IMG/VR virus record: IMGVR_UViG_3300032309_000977
Span: 1 to 61,021 of that record
Strand: one strand, 5' to 3'
Source: a virus
Taxonomy: Duplodnaviria; Caudoviricetes
DNA length: 61,021 nucleotides
Positions 10,024-19,290 of the stretch are shown piece by piece. Positions within the stretch are counted from its first letter, which is position 1. Every line of letters begins with the position of its first letter. The position numbers were made by a program, and so were the translations under genes. The notes under the pieces were generated by a model. That model did not search any database. It was not told the origin of the DNA and saw only the letters and a program-made list of their open reading frames with translations.

Positions 10024-11835
10024 GTGGCACAGAAATTTACAGTACCTATTACTGTTAAGCAGTTAACATCTGCTAGTTCTGACGCTGTAACCGTTTTTGT
10101 TGATGCCGATACCTTTGCTCGCCTTAAAGTTGAAGCAGGTGGTCGTCTTGTTTGGGGTTCTGGTTCTGGGGCTGGTGATACCAACCTTTATCGTGCATCT
10201 GCTGACGTATTACAAACAGACGACACTTTTAAAACTCCTGTTCTTTTTGTAGACAACATTGAGATTGACCCAACAGGTGCAACCACAGATCAAGTTTTAA
10301 AGTTTAATGGTACTAAGTTTATTGCAAGCACTGTTAGTAGTGGTGGTGCTACAAACCTTGATGGTCTTACTGATGTTGTTATTACATCTCCACTTCAATT
10401 CCAAGGATTGATGTATGACGGAACCAACTGGGTAAACAGCAACATCCCAGATGTATACCTTGTCAGAAACAATACTGGCTCAACCATACTCAAAGGAACA
10501 TTAGTTAGTGCTGTTGGCGCAGAACCTAGCGGAAGAATAGATGTTGCACCGTTTCAAGTAACAGGTTTACAAGACTCCGAACTTCGTATAATGGGCATTG
10601 TCACAGCAAACATCAGCAATGGTGTTAATGGCGAAGTGATGAGTTTTGGAACACTTACCAATGTTGATACAAGAGGAGATGTTACAAGCGCACTTGCGGT
10701 AGGAGATGAGACTTGGGCCGCTGGTGACATGCTCTATGCTCATCCAACCGTTGCTGGCAAGTTGACCAAAGTAAGACCAACCCATGACTTGGCTGTTGCA
10801 TTCATAACCATACGACACGCATCGTCTGGACAAATTGCAATAAAAATTATCCCAGGAAATCATCATCTTGAATGGATGCACGATGTTTCATTGACATCTG
10901 CATCAGTAGGAGACTTCCTCAAATACAACGGAACTCTTTGGGTTAATGACGCAATCAACCTAGGTACAGACACTGTTGGTAACTATGTTCAAAACCTAGT
11001 TGCTGGAACGGGTATTACCCTCACCAATGGAACTGCTTCTGAGGGTGGTACTCCTACTGTTGCTGTAACTGCAAACACTTATCAACCACTTGACGGAGAC
11101 CTTACAGCAATTGCTGGTCTTGCTGGTACCTCTGGTATCCTTAAAAAGACAGCCGCAGATACATGGGCGCTAGACACTTCTACGTTTGTAACAACCTCTG
11201 ATACTGGTTCTGTAACCAGCACTATGATTGCAAATGGCACCATCGTTGATGCCGATATTAATGCTTCTGCTGGTATTGCATTGTCAAAACTTGCAACCAG
11301 TACTGCTGGAAACATAATTGTTTACAATGCCTCTGGAGTTCCGACTTCGGTTACTGAAACAGGTGATGTCACCATCTCTGATACTGGTGTTACTGCAATT
11401 GCTTCTGGAGTAATCGTAAACGCAGATATAAACGCTTCTGCTGCAATTGCACTGTCTAAACTAAGTACAACAGGGGCTTCTACAGGTAACGTAATTACTT
11501 ACAATGGTTCAACATGGGCAGCCGCATCAGTGGCTAGTGGTGGAGCGAGTGTTACGATTTCGGATACTCCACCAGCGTCCCCAACTGCTGGAAACTTGTG
11601 GTTTGAGTCAGACACCACTAAAACGTATATTAGGTATAACTCAGCATGGGTAGAAATAGGCTCAATCCCTACAATTCAGTATTTAAATGACATTGGTGAT
11701 GTGCAAGCACCCACACCAACAACGGGTCAAGTATTACAATGGAACGGAACCTACTGGGTTCCAGCAGTTGCGGCTGGTGGTGGGCTAAATACCACTACTG
11801 ATGGTGCAATTATAACTATGGCTATAGGAGCGTAA
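10024..11835 (+). CDS. tail fibre protein
   Basis: Repeated L..L.DV......GQVL.(Y/W)NGT.W and IVNADINASAAIALSKL segments. Confidence 0.75.
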   Translation: MAQKFTVPITVKQLTSASSDAVTVFVDADTFARLKVEAGGRLVWGSGSGAGDTNLYRASADVLQTDDTFKTPVLFVDNIEIDPTGATTDQVLKFNGTKFIASTVSSGGATNLDGLTDVVITSPLQFQGLMYDGTNWVNSNIPDVYLVRNNTGSTILKGTLVSAVGAEPSGRIDVAPFQVTGLQDSELRIMGIVTANISNGVNGEVMSFGTLTNVDTRGDVTSALAVGDETWAAGDMLYAHPTVAGKLTKVRPTHDLAVAFITIRHASSGQIAIKIIPGNHHLEWMHDVSLTSASVGDFLKYNGTLWVNDAINLGTDTVGNYVQNLVAGTGITLTNGTASEGGTPTVAVTANTYQPLDGDLTAIAGLAGTSGILKKTAADTWALDTSTFVTTSDTGSVTSTMIANGTIVDADINASAGIALSKLATSTAGNIIVYNASGVPTSVTETGDVTISDTGVTAIASGVIVNADINASAAIALSKLSTTGASTGNVITYNGSTWAAASVASGGASVTISDTPPASPTAGNLWFESDTTKTYIRYNSAWVEIGSIPTIQYLNDIGDVQAPTPTTGQVLQWNGTYWVPAVAAGGGLNTTTDGAIITMAIGA

Positions 11836-12174
11836 ATGGCAATCGGAGACAGAAGCGAATCACGACTTGGTGGTCCAGTTCAATTAGGAACTACTACAAC
11901 TACTATTTGTACTGCCGCTACAGGTTATGCTGAAATCATTAAACAAATTATTATTTGTAATACAGACACGGTTGATCGTACTGTGACATTGGCTATTGGT
12001 TCAGCCGCAACAGCCGCAAACCGCCTCATGTCTGCGCTACCTATTGGCGCAAACGACATTATGGTGTTTGATACCGCTATTGTATTAGCCGCTGGTGAGA
12101 CATTACAAGGTTTGTCAGATACAGCCGCCAAAGTAAATGTCACAGTCGTTGGCTGGGAGAAACAAACAGCGTAA
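11836..12174 (+). CDS. small virion structural/adaptor protein
   Basis: IIICNTD motif; similar to 3451..3780. Confidence 0.6.
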   Translation: MAIGDRSESRLGGPVQLGTTTTTICTAATGYAEIIKQIIICNTDTVDRTVTLAIGSAATAANRLMSALPIGANDIMVFDTAIVLAAGETLQGLSDTAAKVNVTVVGWEKQTA

Positions 12175-13001
12175 TGGGTATATCCGTTGGTAATAAAGGG
12201 TACACGTACACGTACACCACGATTAGAACTTTTCCCTATGGTGTAGGTAGTGGTGGAACATCATCTAACATAACTGTTGATGGTTTGTCGTATACGATGT
12301 TGACGTTTACCAGTACAGGAACTTTTACTGTTACAACTGCTGGGATTTTTGATTGCATGATTATGGGTGGGGGAGCATCAGGAAACGGACCTATTAACAC
12401 CAACGGTGGTGGAGGTGGCGGTGCAGGAGCAATCGTGATTTCTCAAGAAGCATACTTTGCTGTTGGGACATACGCTGTTGCCATTGGTGCTGGTGGTGGA
12501 AATATTTCCTATGTTGGAAAATATGCTAGTGGTCGTCCATTGGGTCCTAGTCAGGGTGGAAATGCAAACCTTGCGGCTGGTGCTCCAATTGTTAGTGGCT
12601 TTAGTGGTGGCAGTGGTATTGGCGCTGGACCAAATAACGGCTCTAACGGTGGCGGTGGTGGCGGTGGAATGGGCGGAGTAGGTGCAGTTCCATCACTAGA
12701 TAGGGGATACAACAACATGGTGAACGGCGGCAACGGTGGTGCAGGAATTGACTGGTCTGCATGGCGTGGTCAATCAGCAGGGACAACATTTTATGCCGCA
12801 GGTGGCGGTGGTGGAGGCGGTTACGGTTCAAGCATAACCGCCACAGGAGGAACAGGTGGTGGAGGTAGCGGAGCCAGGTATTATGGTGTTGCTGCAACCG
12901 CTGGAACAGCAAACACTGGAAGCGGTGGTGGCGGCGGTTCCGAAGCAGCAGGTGCTGCTCTTGGTGGTTCAGGTTTAGTATTAATTAGGTGGCAAGTATG
13001 A
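12174..13001 (+). CDS. glycine-rich fibre/adhesin protein
   Basis: Poly-Gly blocks; C-terminal ANTGSGGGGG...GGSGLVLIRW. Confidence 0.75.
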   Translation: MGISVGNKGYTYTYTTIRTFPYGVGSGGTSSNITVDGLSYTMLTFTSTGTFTVTTAGIFDCMIMGGGASGNGPINTNGGGGGGAGAIVISQEAYFAVGTYAVAIGAGGGNISYVGKYASGRPLGPSQGGNANLAAGAPIVSGFSGGSGIGAGPNNGSNGGGGGGGMGGVGAVPSLDRGYNNMVNGGNGGAGIDWSAWRGQSAGTTFYAAGGGGGGGYGSSITATGGTGGGGSGARYYGVAATAGTANTGSGGGGGSEAAGAALGGSGLVLIRWQV

Positions 13002-13816
13002 CAATATCTAATGCTCGTTCACCACGTCTTTTAACTCCTTATGGCGCTGCTGCGGGTGGAACACCTGTAACTATTAACGGTCTTAATTATCAGTATGTAG
13101 CAATAACGGCAACAGGTAGTTTTACGCCAACCACAGCAGGTTTATTTGATGTCTATATTTTTGGTGGCGGTGCAGCAGGTGGAACAGGAACCGACACAGT
13201 ATCGGTCGGTTCATCAGGTGGTGGTGGTGCAGGTGGAAGCCAACAAACAACTGTTTCTTTAGATGCGACTTCATACACCGTTACGATTGGTGCAGGTGGC
13301 GCAGCAGGTTTGTTTGGTAACTCAACAAAGTTGGGTTCAGTTCTTACTGCTGTTGGCGGCGGCCCAGGTTACGGAACTTTCCCAGGTGGAGAGCGTATTC
13401 CTGGTTTGGCTGGTGGTTGTGGCGGTGGTGGCGGTCGTGCGGCTGCTGGTGCAGGTACAGGTATGCAAGGTTTTGACGGCGCAGTAGGCACAGCACTAAA
13501 CGTAAACCATGCTGGCGGTGGTGGCGGTGCAGGTTCAGCAGGTAGCACAGGTTCAGGAACTACTGGCGGTGCAGGTGGCACAGGAGTTCAACTAAACACT
13601 TTTATCGGTGGCTCGTCTTTGTTCAAGGCTGGCGGTGGCGGTTCTGGTGGTTCTGGTACAGGTGGAACTGGCGGTTCAGGTGTTGGTGGCAACGGTGGAA
13701 CCTTGAACGGCACAGCAGCAGCAGCAAATACTGCTTCGGGTGGTGGTGGCGCATACAACGGCGGCACTGGCGGTGCTGGCGGTTCAGGTATTATTTATAT
13801 TAGGTGGAGGGTGTAA
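12998..13816 (+). CDS. glycine-rich fibre/adhesin protein
   Basis: Same architecture, ends GGSGIIYIRWRV; ATGA overlap with the upstream gene. Confidence 0.75.
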   Translation: MTISNARSPRLLTPYGAAAGGTPVTINGLNYQYVAITATGSFTPTTAGLFDVYIFGGGAAGGTGTDTVSVGSSGGGGAGGSQQTTVSLDATSYTVTIGAGGAAGLFGNSTKLGSVLTAVGGGPGYGTFPGGERIPGLAGGCGGGGGRAAAGAGTGMQGFDGAVGTALNVNHAGGGGGAGSAGSTGSGTTGGAGGTGVQLNTFIGGSSLFKAGGGGSGGSGTGGTGGSGVGGNGGTLNGTAAAANTASGGGGAYNGGTGGAGGSGIIYIRWRV

Positions 13817-14502
13817 TGCCATTTTCTTCAGTTTTAGGTGCAAGCACAGTAATAAAACCAGGTGTATGTACGTCTACGACTCGTCCTGCGTCACCATATG
13901 ACGGTCAGGTTATTTATGAGACTGACACGGACAGGACGTTGGTTTATAACGGAAATGGCTGGGTATTCCTATCTACGAGTAGGGCAAACCCTATAGGAAT
14001 TGACTTTATAGCATCTGGTTCTTTTACTTCGGTCAACTCCGTAAGTCTACCTAATAATACCTTTACCGCAACATACAGAAACTATATGTTGAATATAAAC
14101 TTAACTGCTAACTCATCAGACTCCAACCCTTTATGGTGGAGAGGTAGGGTTAGTGGTTCAGACAACTCAACATCAAACTATTTTTATGGTTTACGAGGAA
14201 CTAGGTTTTCTGATGGTTTGACTACATCTGGTGGTTTTGGAGCAAGTCAAACTGTTGGTATGTTAACTAGGTTGCAAAACCCATTTACAACTGGTTCAGT
14301 TACTGCTACATTTTTTGGACCTCAGTTAACGAGTAACACAACATATATTACACAAGCAACTGGTCGTGGCAACGGCGACCCTGATGCGGTATTGAATGGT
14401 GGAGGTTATTTTGGTGCATCCACATCGTTTGATTCATTAAGTTTTATTGCTAACGTTGGGACAATCTCTGGCACATACGAAGTTTATGGATATGCAATTT
14501 AG
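13816..14502 (+). CDS. fibre tip/receptor-binding-like protein
   Basis: N-terminal TSTTRPASP..GQ.I.ETDT motif shared with 15170..16240; ends ISGTYEVYGY. Confidence 0.6.
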   Translation: MPFSSVLGASTVIKPGVCTSTTRPASPYDGQVIYETDTDRTLVYNGNGWVFLSTSRANPIGIDFIASGSFTSVNSVSLPNNTFTATYRNYMLNINLTANSSDSNPLWWRGRVSGSDNSTSNYFYGLRGTRFSDGLTTSGGFGASQTVGMLTRLQNPFTTGSVTATFFGPQLTSNTTYITQATGRGNGDPDAVLNGGGYFGASTSFDSLSFIANVGTISGTYEVYGYAI

Positions 14503-14509
14503 GTAACCA

Positions 14510-14704
14510 ATGGCTGTAACATTTCCGTCTTCCCCAACACTTGGCGATCAATATACAATTGGTCAACGTGTTTATGAATACGATGGCTCTGCATGGTTTC
14601 TAATCAGTAACGTTGTACTCAGTAAGTATGTGATTGATGGGGGAGACCCTACAATCATTCAGTTCTATATTCAAATGGCTCCCGTAGACGGTGGTGGTGT
14701 GTAA
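14510..14704 (+). CDS. small structural protein
   Basis: FPSSPT.GD.Y......YDGSAW, DGG motifs. Confidence 0.6.
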   Translation: MAVTFPSSPTLGDQYTIGQRVYEYDGSAWFLISNVVLSKYVIDGGDPTIIQFYIQMAPVDGGGV

Positions 14705-14726
14705 TGGCTGCAAATAGTCAGTGCGG

Positions 14727-14732
14727 TATAAT
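14727..14732 (+). promoter_or_regulatory. putative -10 (TATAAT)
   Basis: Consensus hexamer in an intergenic gap; AGGAG RBS before 14790. Confidence 0.45.
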
Positions 14733-14789
14733 TACAGGAACAATTGTATAAACTGCGTCTGGCAGTATTACTTTCTAGGAGAAACTTAA

Positions 14790-15170
14790 ATGGCACATTT
14801 TGCAGAACTTGGCGAAGACAATGTTGTATTGCGAGTCATTGTTGTATCTAACGATGATTGTAAAGACTCAGAGGGCACCGAATCAGAAGCCGTAGGCGCT
14901 GAATTCTGTCGCAATCTTTTGGGTGGTACATGGAAACAGACCTCATACAACGGCAACATGCGTGCTCGTTATGCAGGTATTGGTTACACATACCGATCAG
15001 ACTTGAACGCATTTATTGCTCCAAAGCCTTACCCATCATGGTCACTTGATACAGAAACCACTGAATGGGAAGCCCCAGTTGCCCGTCCTAACGTGGCTCG
15101 CCCACATGAAGCATCTTACGTATGGAACGAAACAACACAAACTTGGGATGAAGTAGAACTTCCTGCCTAA
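14790..15170 (+). CDS. MAHFAEL-type protein, partner of Gly-rich fibres
   Basis: MAHFAEL...WKQTSYN...YAGIG...F..PKPYPSW, a recurrent aquatic-phage family. Confidence 0.7.
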   Translation: MAHFAELGEDNVVLRVIVVSNDDCKDSEGTESEAVGAEFCRNLLGGTWKQTSYNGNMRARYAGIGYTYRSDLNAFIAPKPYPSWSLDTETTEWEAPVARPNVARPHEASYVWNETTQTWDEVELPA

Positions 15171-16240
15171 TGGACCCACTTGACTTTGAACTAAAGTTTG
15201 TAGAGAACAAGGATAAATATAACCTTGGTGCTGTAACAGACGGTTCAATCACCACGGCAAAACTAGCCGATGGTGCGGTGACTACTGCAAAGATTGCGGC
15301 TGGTGCTGGTGGTATGGCTGTAGTTACGTCTACTACTAGACCAGCGTCACCAACAGTTGGTCAGATGATTTTTGAAACTGATACGAATTATGTTCGTGTA
15401 TATACCGCAGCAGGCTGGTCTGTTGGTATGCGTCAAAGTGCCTCGTTTGTAGTGACCTACCTTGTAGTTGGCGGTGGCGGTGGCGGTGGAAACACAATGG
15501 GTGGAGGTGGTGGTGCTGGTGGTTATTTAACAAGTACAGCAACACTTACATCTGGGACTACATATACCGTAACAGTTGGTGCAGGTGGCACTGGAACACC
15601 AAATAGAAACGTGGCGGGAGGACTGGGCGGAAACTCCATTATTCAAGGTGTTGTAACAGCACTTGGAGGTGGAGGTGGTGGAAGTTGGGGAGTTGGTTCA
15701 GCAGGGCAAACTGGTGGTAGCGGTGGTGGTGCCTGTCAAGGAAGTTATTACAGTGGTACGTCACCAGGTGGTGCAGGTACTGCTGGTCAAGGCTTCGCAG
15801 GAGCAAACTCAACTGCCTACAACACATATCACCGTGGAGGTGGAGGTGGTGGTGCCGCAGAAGCAGGAAATACAGATGCCGCCAGTGAAGGTGGAGATGG
15901 TCTAACAAGCACTATTACAGGTGTTTCTACTACATATGCTGGTGGTGGTGGTGGCGGTAGCATGGGAGCAGCAGCAGCGGGTGGAGCAGGCGGTGGTGGT
16001 GCAAGTACAGGTAACGCAACTCTTGCAACTGCTGGTACCACAAACACTGGAGGTGGCGGCGGTGGAGGTGGCTACAACGGTGGGGACGGTCAAGGAGCCG
16101 CTGGAGGTTCTGGAATTGTCGTAATCCGATATGCAACCGCTGATGGGGTTGGTAAAACAATTAGTGGTGGTACAAAAACCACAGATGGAACAGATACAAT
16201 CCATACATTTACAACATCTGGTTCTCTTTCAATTGCATAA
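15170..16240 (+). CDS. glycine-rich fibre/adhesin protein
   Basis: YLVVGGGGGGG, GGSGIVVIRY, TIHTFTTSG. Confidence 0.75.
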   Translation: MDPLDFELKFVENKDKYNLGAVTDGSITTAKLADGAVTTAKIAAGAGGMAVVTSTTRPASPTVGQMIFETDTNYVRVYTAAGWSVGMRQSASFVVTYLVVGGGGGGGNTMGGGGGAGGYLTSTATLTSGTTYTVTVGAGGTGTPNRNVAGGLGGNSIIQGVVTALGGGGGGSWGVGSAGQTGGSGGGACQGSYYSGTSPGGAGTAGQGFAGANSTAYNTYHRGGGGGGAAEAGNTDAASEGGDGLTSTITGVSTTYAGGGGGGSMGAAAAGGAGGGGASTGNATLATAGTTNTGGGGGGGGYNGGDGQGAAGGSGIVVIRYATADGVGKTISGGTKTTDGTDTIHTFTTSGSLSIA

Positions 16241-16257
16241 GGTAAACTGGTAGCACT

Positions 16258-16506
16258 ATGGCTGTTCAAATTCAATTTAGGCGTGGTACTGCGTCTGCGT
16301 GGACTACTGCTAACCCAGTACTTGCTGATGGTGAAATGGGCATTGAATCAGACACCGCTAAGTTTAAAGTTGGAAATGGTACAACTTACTGGAATAGTCT
16401 TGCTTATGGCGGTATTACTGGACCTACTGGACCTACTGGACCTAACGGTACAAATGCTTCATATGAAACAGACCAAGCAATAATTAGCGCACGAGTATTT
16501 AGTTAG
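16258..16506 (+). CDS. Mtd_N (major tropism determinant N-terminal)-domain protein with short collagen-like repeat
   Basis: IQFRRGTASAWTTANPVLADGEMGIESDT.KFKVGNG; GPTGPTGPNG. Confidence 0.8.
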   Translation: MAVQIQFRRGTASAWTTANPVLADGEMGIESDTAKFKVGNGTTYWNSLAYGGITGPTGPTGPNGTNASYETDQAIISARVFS

Positions 16507-16514
16507 GAGCAACT

Positions 16515-16886
16515 ATGGCAACATTTACAAAATTAGCATTACAACCAGCAGGAACTACAGGAACAGGTCTTGGTATTCTTGTTGCTGCTACCGCTACTGC
16601 TGGTACTGCGGTGCACACTGCATCAACAACTGCAACAACTATTGATGAGATTTGGTTATATGCGGTCAATACTTCGGCATCTAACGTAAAGTTGACAATT
16701 GAGTGGGGAGAAGTGACTGCACCTAACGGTCACATTGAGTATACCGTAGCGGCTGAAAACGGTCTGTATCTGATTGTCCCTGGCTTACTTTTACAAGGTA
16801 ATGCAACTGCAAGAGTAGTGAGAGCGTTTGCTGCTACAACTAACGTAATTACTATTCATGGGTACGTAAACCGCATTACGGCTTAA
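16515..16886 (+). CDS. small virion structural/adaptor protein
   Basis: DEIWLYAVN, GYVNRIT; AGGAG RBS. Confidence 0.6.
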   Translation: MATFTKLALQPAGTTGTGLGILVAATATAGTAVHTASTTATTIDEIWLYAVNTSASNVKLTIEWGEVTAPNGHIEYTVAAENGLYLIVPGLLLQGNATARVVRAFAATTNVITIHGYVNRITA

Positions 16887-16891
16887 TTTAC

Positions 16892-17461
16892 ATGCCGTCT
16901 ATTAACCGTAATACACGAGGTGGAATATCCGTATCTGGCGGTAGTTTAGCCCCCAGAACTGATAGAGCAGGTACTGGTCAAGTAGATACAAGGTGGGTTG
17001 GTGCATTGCCACCATTTACAACACCAACATTAAGCGCATATTCGTATGGTGCTAACGGAGCATTTCAATTTACTATTACAAACTATGATGCGACTGCAAC
17101 ATATATACTTGCAACAACCGCAGGAACTATTGCTAGGACAACAAATACTGTAACTGTTTCTGGTTTGTCTAATGGTCAAACAGCAACGGCCTCTGTAACT
17201 GCACAGAAGTCTGGGTTTTCTAACTCAGCCACAGCAACCGTGGTTGGACAAGCAAAACCTGCATGTGTTTCTTGTGGTGCTGGAACAGTTGGAACTGAAG
17301 GGTGCAATGGTGCAACCTGTGGGATTATTCCTTGTGGTTCAGGGTCTTGTCCTGCATATGACATTGTTTATTACAATAATCCTTCACCTAATCCGTGTGT
17401 TGGATGTGCTGCGTCTATCGGTGGATGGTATTGTTGTGGGTGCGGTGGAGCCTGCGGATAG
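16892..17461 (+). CDS. Ig-like + Cys-rich C-terminal protein (copy 2)
   Basis: TPTLS...FTITNYD...TVSGLSNG, then 12 Cys. Confidence 0.7.
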   Translation: MPSINRNTRGGISVSGGSLAPRTDRAGTGQVDTRWVGALPPFTTPTLSAYSYGANGAFQFTITNYDATATYILATTAGTIARTTNTVTVSGLSNGQTATASVTAQKSGFSNSATATVVGQAKPACVSCGAGTVGTEGCNGATCGIIPCGSGSCPAYDIVYYNNPSPNPCVGCAASIGGWYCCGCGGACG

Positions 17462-17470
17462 GATATAGGT

Positions 17471-17653
17471 ATGAATACATATAAAGGATATGCTTTTGTA
17501 AACAATGGAATAGTGTCTAGTGTTCACTATTACGATTTAGCAATTGATACAAGTCCACAAGATAATCACCCTCAAGTTTTTGTAATTCCTGAAGATAAGT
17601 TAAATGCTGTTTTTGTAGGATGGAAATACGAAAATGGAGAATTTAGTCAATAG
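17471..17653 (+). CDS. small tail-fibre-assembly-like protein
   Basis: YAFVNNGIV...VGWKYENGEF. Confidence 0.55.
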   Translation: MNTYKGYAFVNNGIVSSVHYYDLAIDTSPQDNHPQVFVIPEDKLNAVFVGWKYENGEFSQ

Positions 17654-17665
17654 CAAGGAAAACAT

Positions 17666-17953
17666 ATGGAAGAACAAATTGAACGACCACAAGTAACCTG
17701 GGACCCAGACCTGGGAAAGTATGTAAGTAATTTTCCAATTAAATGGTATGCCTTTATTATTGACGGAGAAGTTGTATTTACTCAACATGTTGACGTTAAA
17801 TTAGAGTATCTAACCGCTGTATTTAGTTCACGACCACAAATTATTGAAATACCAGAACAGTACGCTGGAATGGTAAAAGAAGGGTGGAAGTGGGATGAAT
17901 CTCGTGGACATAACGCATTTCAACCAGCAGACCCAACGGTAATACAACAATGA
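17666..17953 (+). CDS. small tail-fibre-assembly-like protein
   Basis: YAFIIDGEV...P.IIEIP...GWKWD. Confidence 0.6.
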   Translation: MEEQIERPQVTWDPDLGKYVSNFPIKWYAFIIDGEVVFTQHVDVKLEYLTAVFSSRPQIIEIPEQYAGMVKEGWKWDESRGHNAFQPADPTVIQQ

Positions 17954-18180
17954 CCTCAGCATGGCAAAAGTACAAAGAAAAACTTGGAACTACCCGACCT
18001 TGGGATATGTTAAACCCAAATGCTTCAAAAGTAGATGATTCTATTTCTGAGCACAGAATGGCACTTTGTAAAAAATGCCCAGAACTATTACCAATAACTA
18101 ACCAGTGTAAGCAATGCGGTTGTTTTATGGCGGCAAAAGTAAAACTTGAGGCAGCAACTTGCCCATTAAACAAATGGTAA
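17950..18180 (+). CDS. DUF6171-like CxxC metal-binding protein (copy 2)
   Basis: SAWQ.YK.KLG.TRPWD, CKKCPEL, CKQCGC, CP..KW; close paralog of 5525..5755. Confidence 0.7.
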   Translation: MTSAWQKYKEKLGTTRPWDMLNPNASKVDDSISEHRMALCKKCPELLPITNQCKQCGCFMAAKVKLEAATCPLNKW

Positions 18181-18200
18181 TTTTGTTGTAAAATAGCCGT

Positions 18201-18797
18201 ATGGCACGACGTAAACCTGGGATAGACCCTGCATCACTACAAAAATGGCGTGATGAAATGGCGGCTATTGCCTCTGGCAATGACCCTCAGTTACTAGCAG
18301 CACAGCGTGAAAAAGAAGCAGCAGAGGCGGCTAGAAGCGCTGGATTTGCAGGTGAGGTTCCAGAGTTTGATGAAAATGGACGAGTACGCACAGAAGACTT
18401 AGGTATTTACCAACCAACAGCAGTTGCACAAGTTGCTAACAAGCCAGATAACCCACAGAACTATGGGCAAGGTCCTGGAGCAAGTACTCGGCTATGTGGT
18501 CACGTTTTTGTAAAAGATGCTAGTTTGACTATGGCTAAAACTAGTGGCGTAATTATGGGGTATGCCTATGTGCGCTTTCACAAAAATGGTACAAAAGGAC
18601 CTAACTGGCGTTATGGTCCTATGACCTATCAAGAATACGTAGATTTTGCTCGTAGTAACTCTAAAGGGCATCACATTAACGCCATATTAAACAGTTACCC
18701 ACGTAGACCAGCAACTGGTGAAGAAGTCGGAGGGTATATGGGCGGTATCCCACAGAACAGCGGAACTGACAACGCAGGTATTAGACTACAACGATAA
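18201..18797 (+). CDS. KTSC-like domain protein
   Basis: YVRF....WRY......Y..F..S.SKG..IN..L. Confidence 0.5.
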   Translation: MARRKPGIDPASLQKWRDEMAAIASGNDPQLLAAQREKEAAEAARSAGFAGEVPEFDENGRVRTEDLGIYQPTAVAQVANKPDNPQNYGQGPGASTRLCGHVFVKDASLTMAKTSGVIMGYAYVRFHKNGTKGPNWRYGPMTYQEYVDFARSNSKGHHINAILNSYPRRPATGEEVGGYMGGIPQNSGTDNAGIRLQR

Positions 18798-19072
18798 TGA
18801 AAAAACTAAACGTAGTACAAGGTTTTGGAAAGATTTACTGGATTTACAGGGACATCGCAAATGAAAGTACTCCACGAGTGTGTAAAGCATGGGTACATGA
18901 AATTGGTGGTTACTGGAGAAAAGGTAAAGGAATACAAATCAAATTTAAAAAGTACATATTCCAAATTGGCGTCTGTAAAAAGCACAAAGTAAATAATGAA
19001 GAAGAAGGTTTACTCTCTGCTGTAGGTGGTCGTCACTTGAATTATGACCCAACAGAAATAGGAAATTGGTAA
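18797..19072 (+). CDS. hypothetical protein
   Basis: Translationally coupled ORF. Confidence 0.6.
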   Translation: MKKLNVVQGFGKIYWIYRDIANESTPRVCKAWVHEIGGYWRKGKGIQIKFKKYIFQIGVCKKHKVNNEEEGLLSAVGGRHLNYDPTEIGNW

Positions 19073-19290
19073 TGTTCTGGAAAAAGAAAGAAGAAAAACC
19101 AGCAACTCCAGCAAGAATTGCTCGTTTAGACACCCCATCACTGATGTCTTGGTTTGATACAGGGATTATGGAACTTGGTTCATCCTTTGATAAATGGCGT
19201 TATCACAACGGGGATATCAAAGAAGTGGGAGAATTAGTAACCATATTAAACAATTTGTATACAGAACTAGAGAGAAGAAACGATGCTTGA
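19066..19290 (+). CDS. hypothetical protein
   Basis: Overlaps the terminase start. Confidence 0.6.
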   Translation: MVMFWKKKEEKPATPARIARLDTPSLMSWFDTGIMELGSSFDKWRYHNGDIKEVGELVTILNNLYTELERRNDA

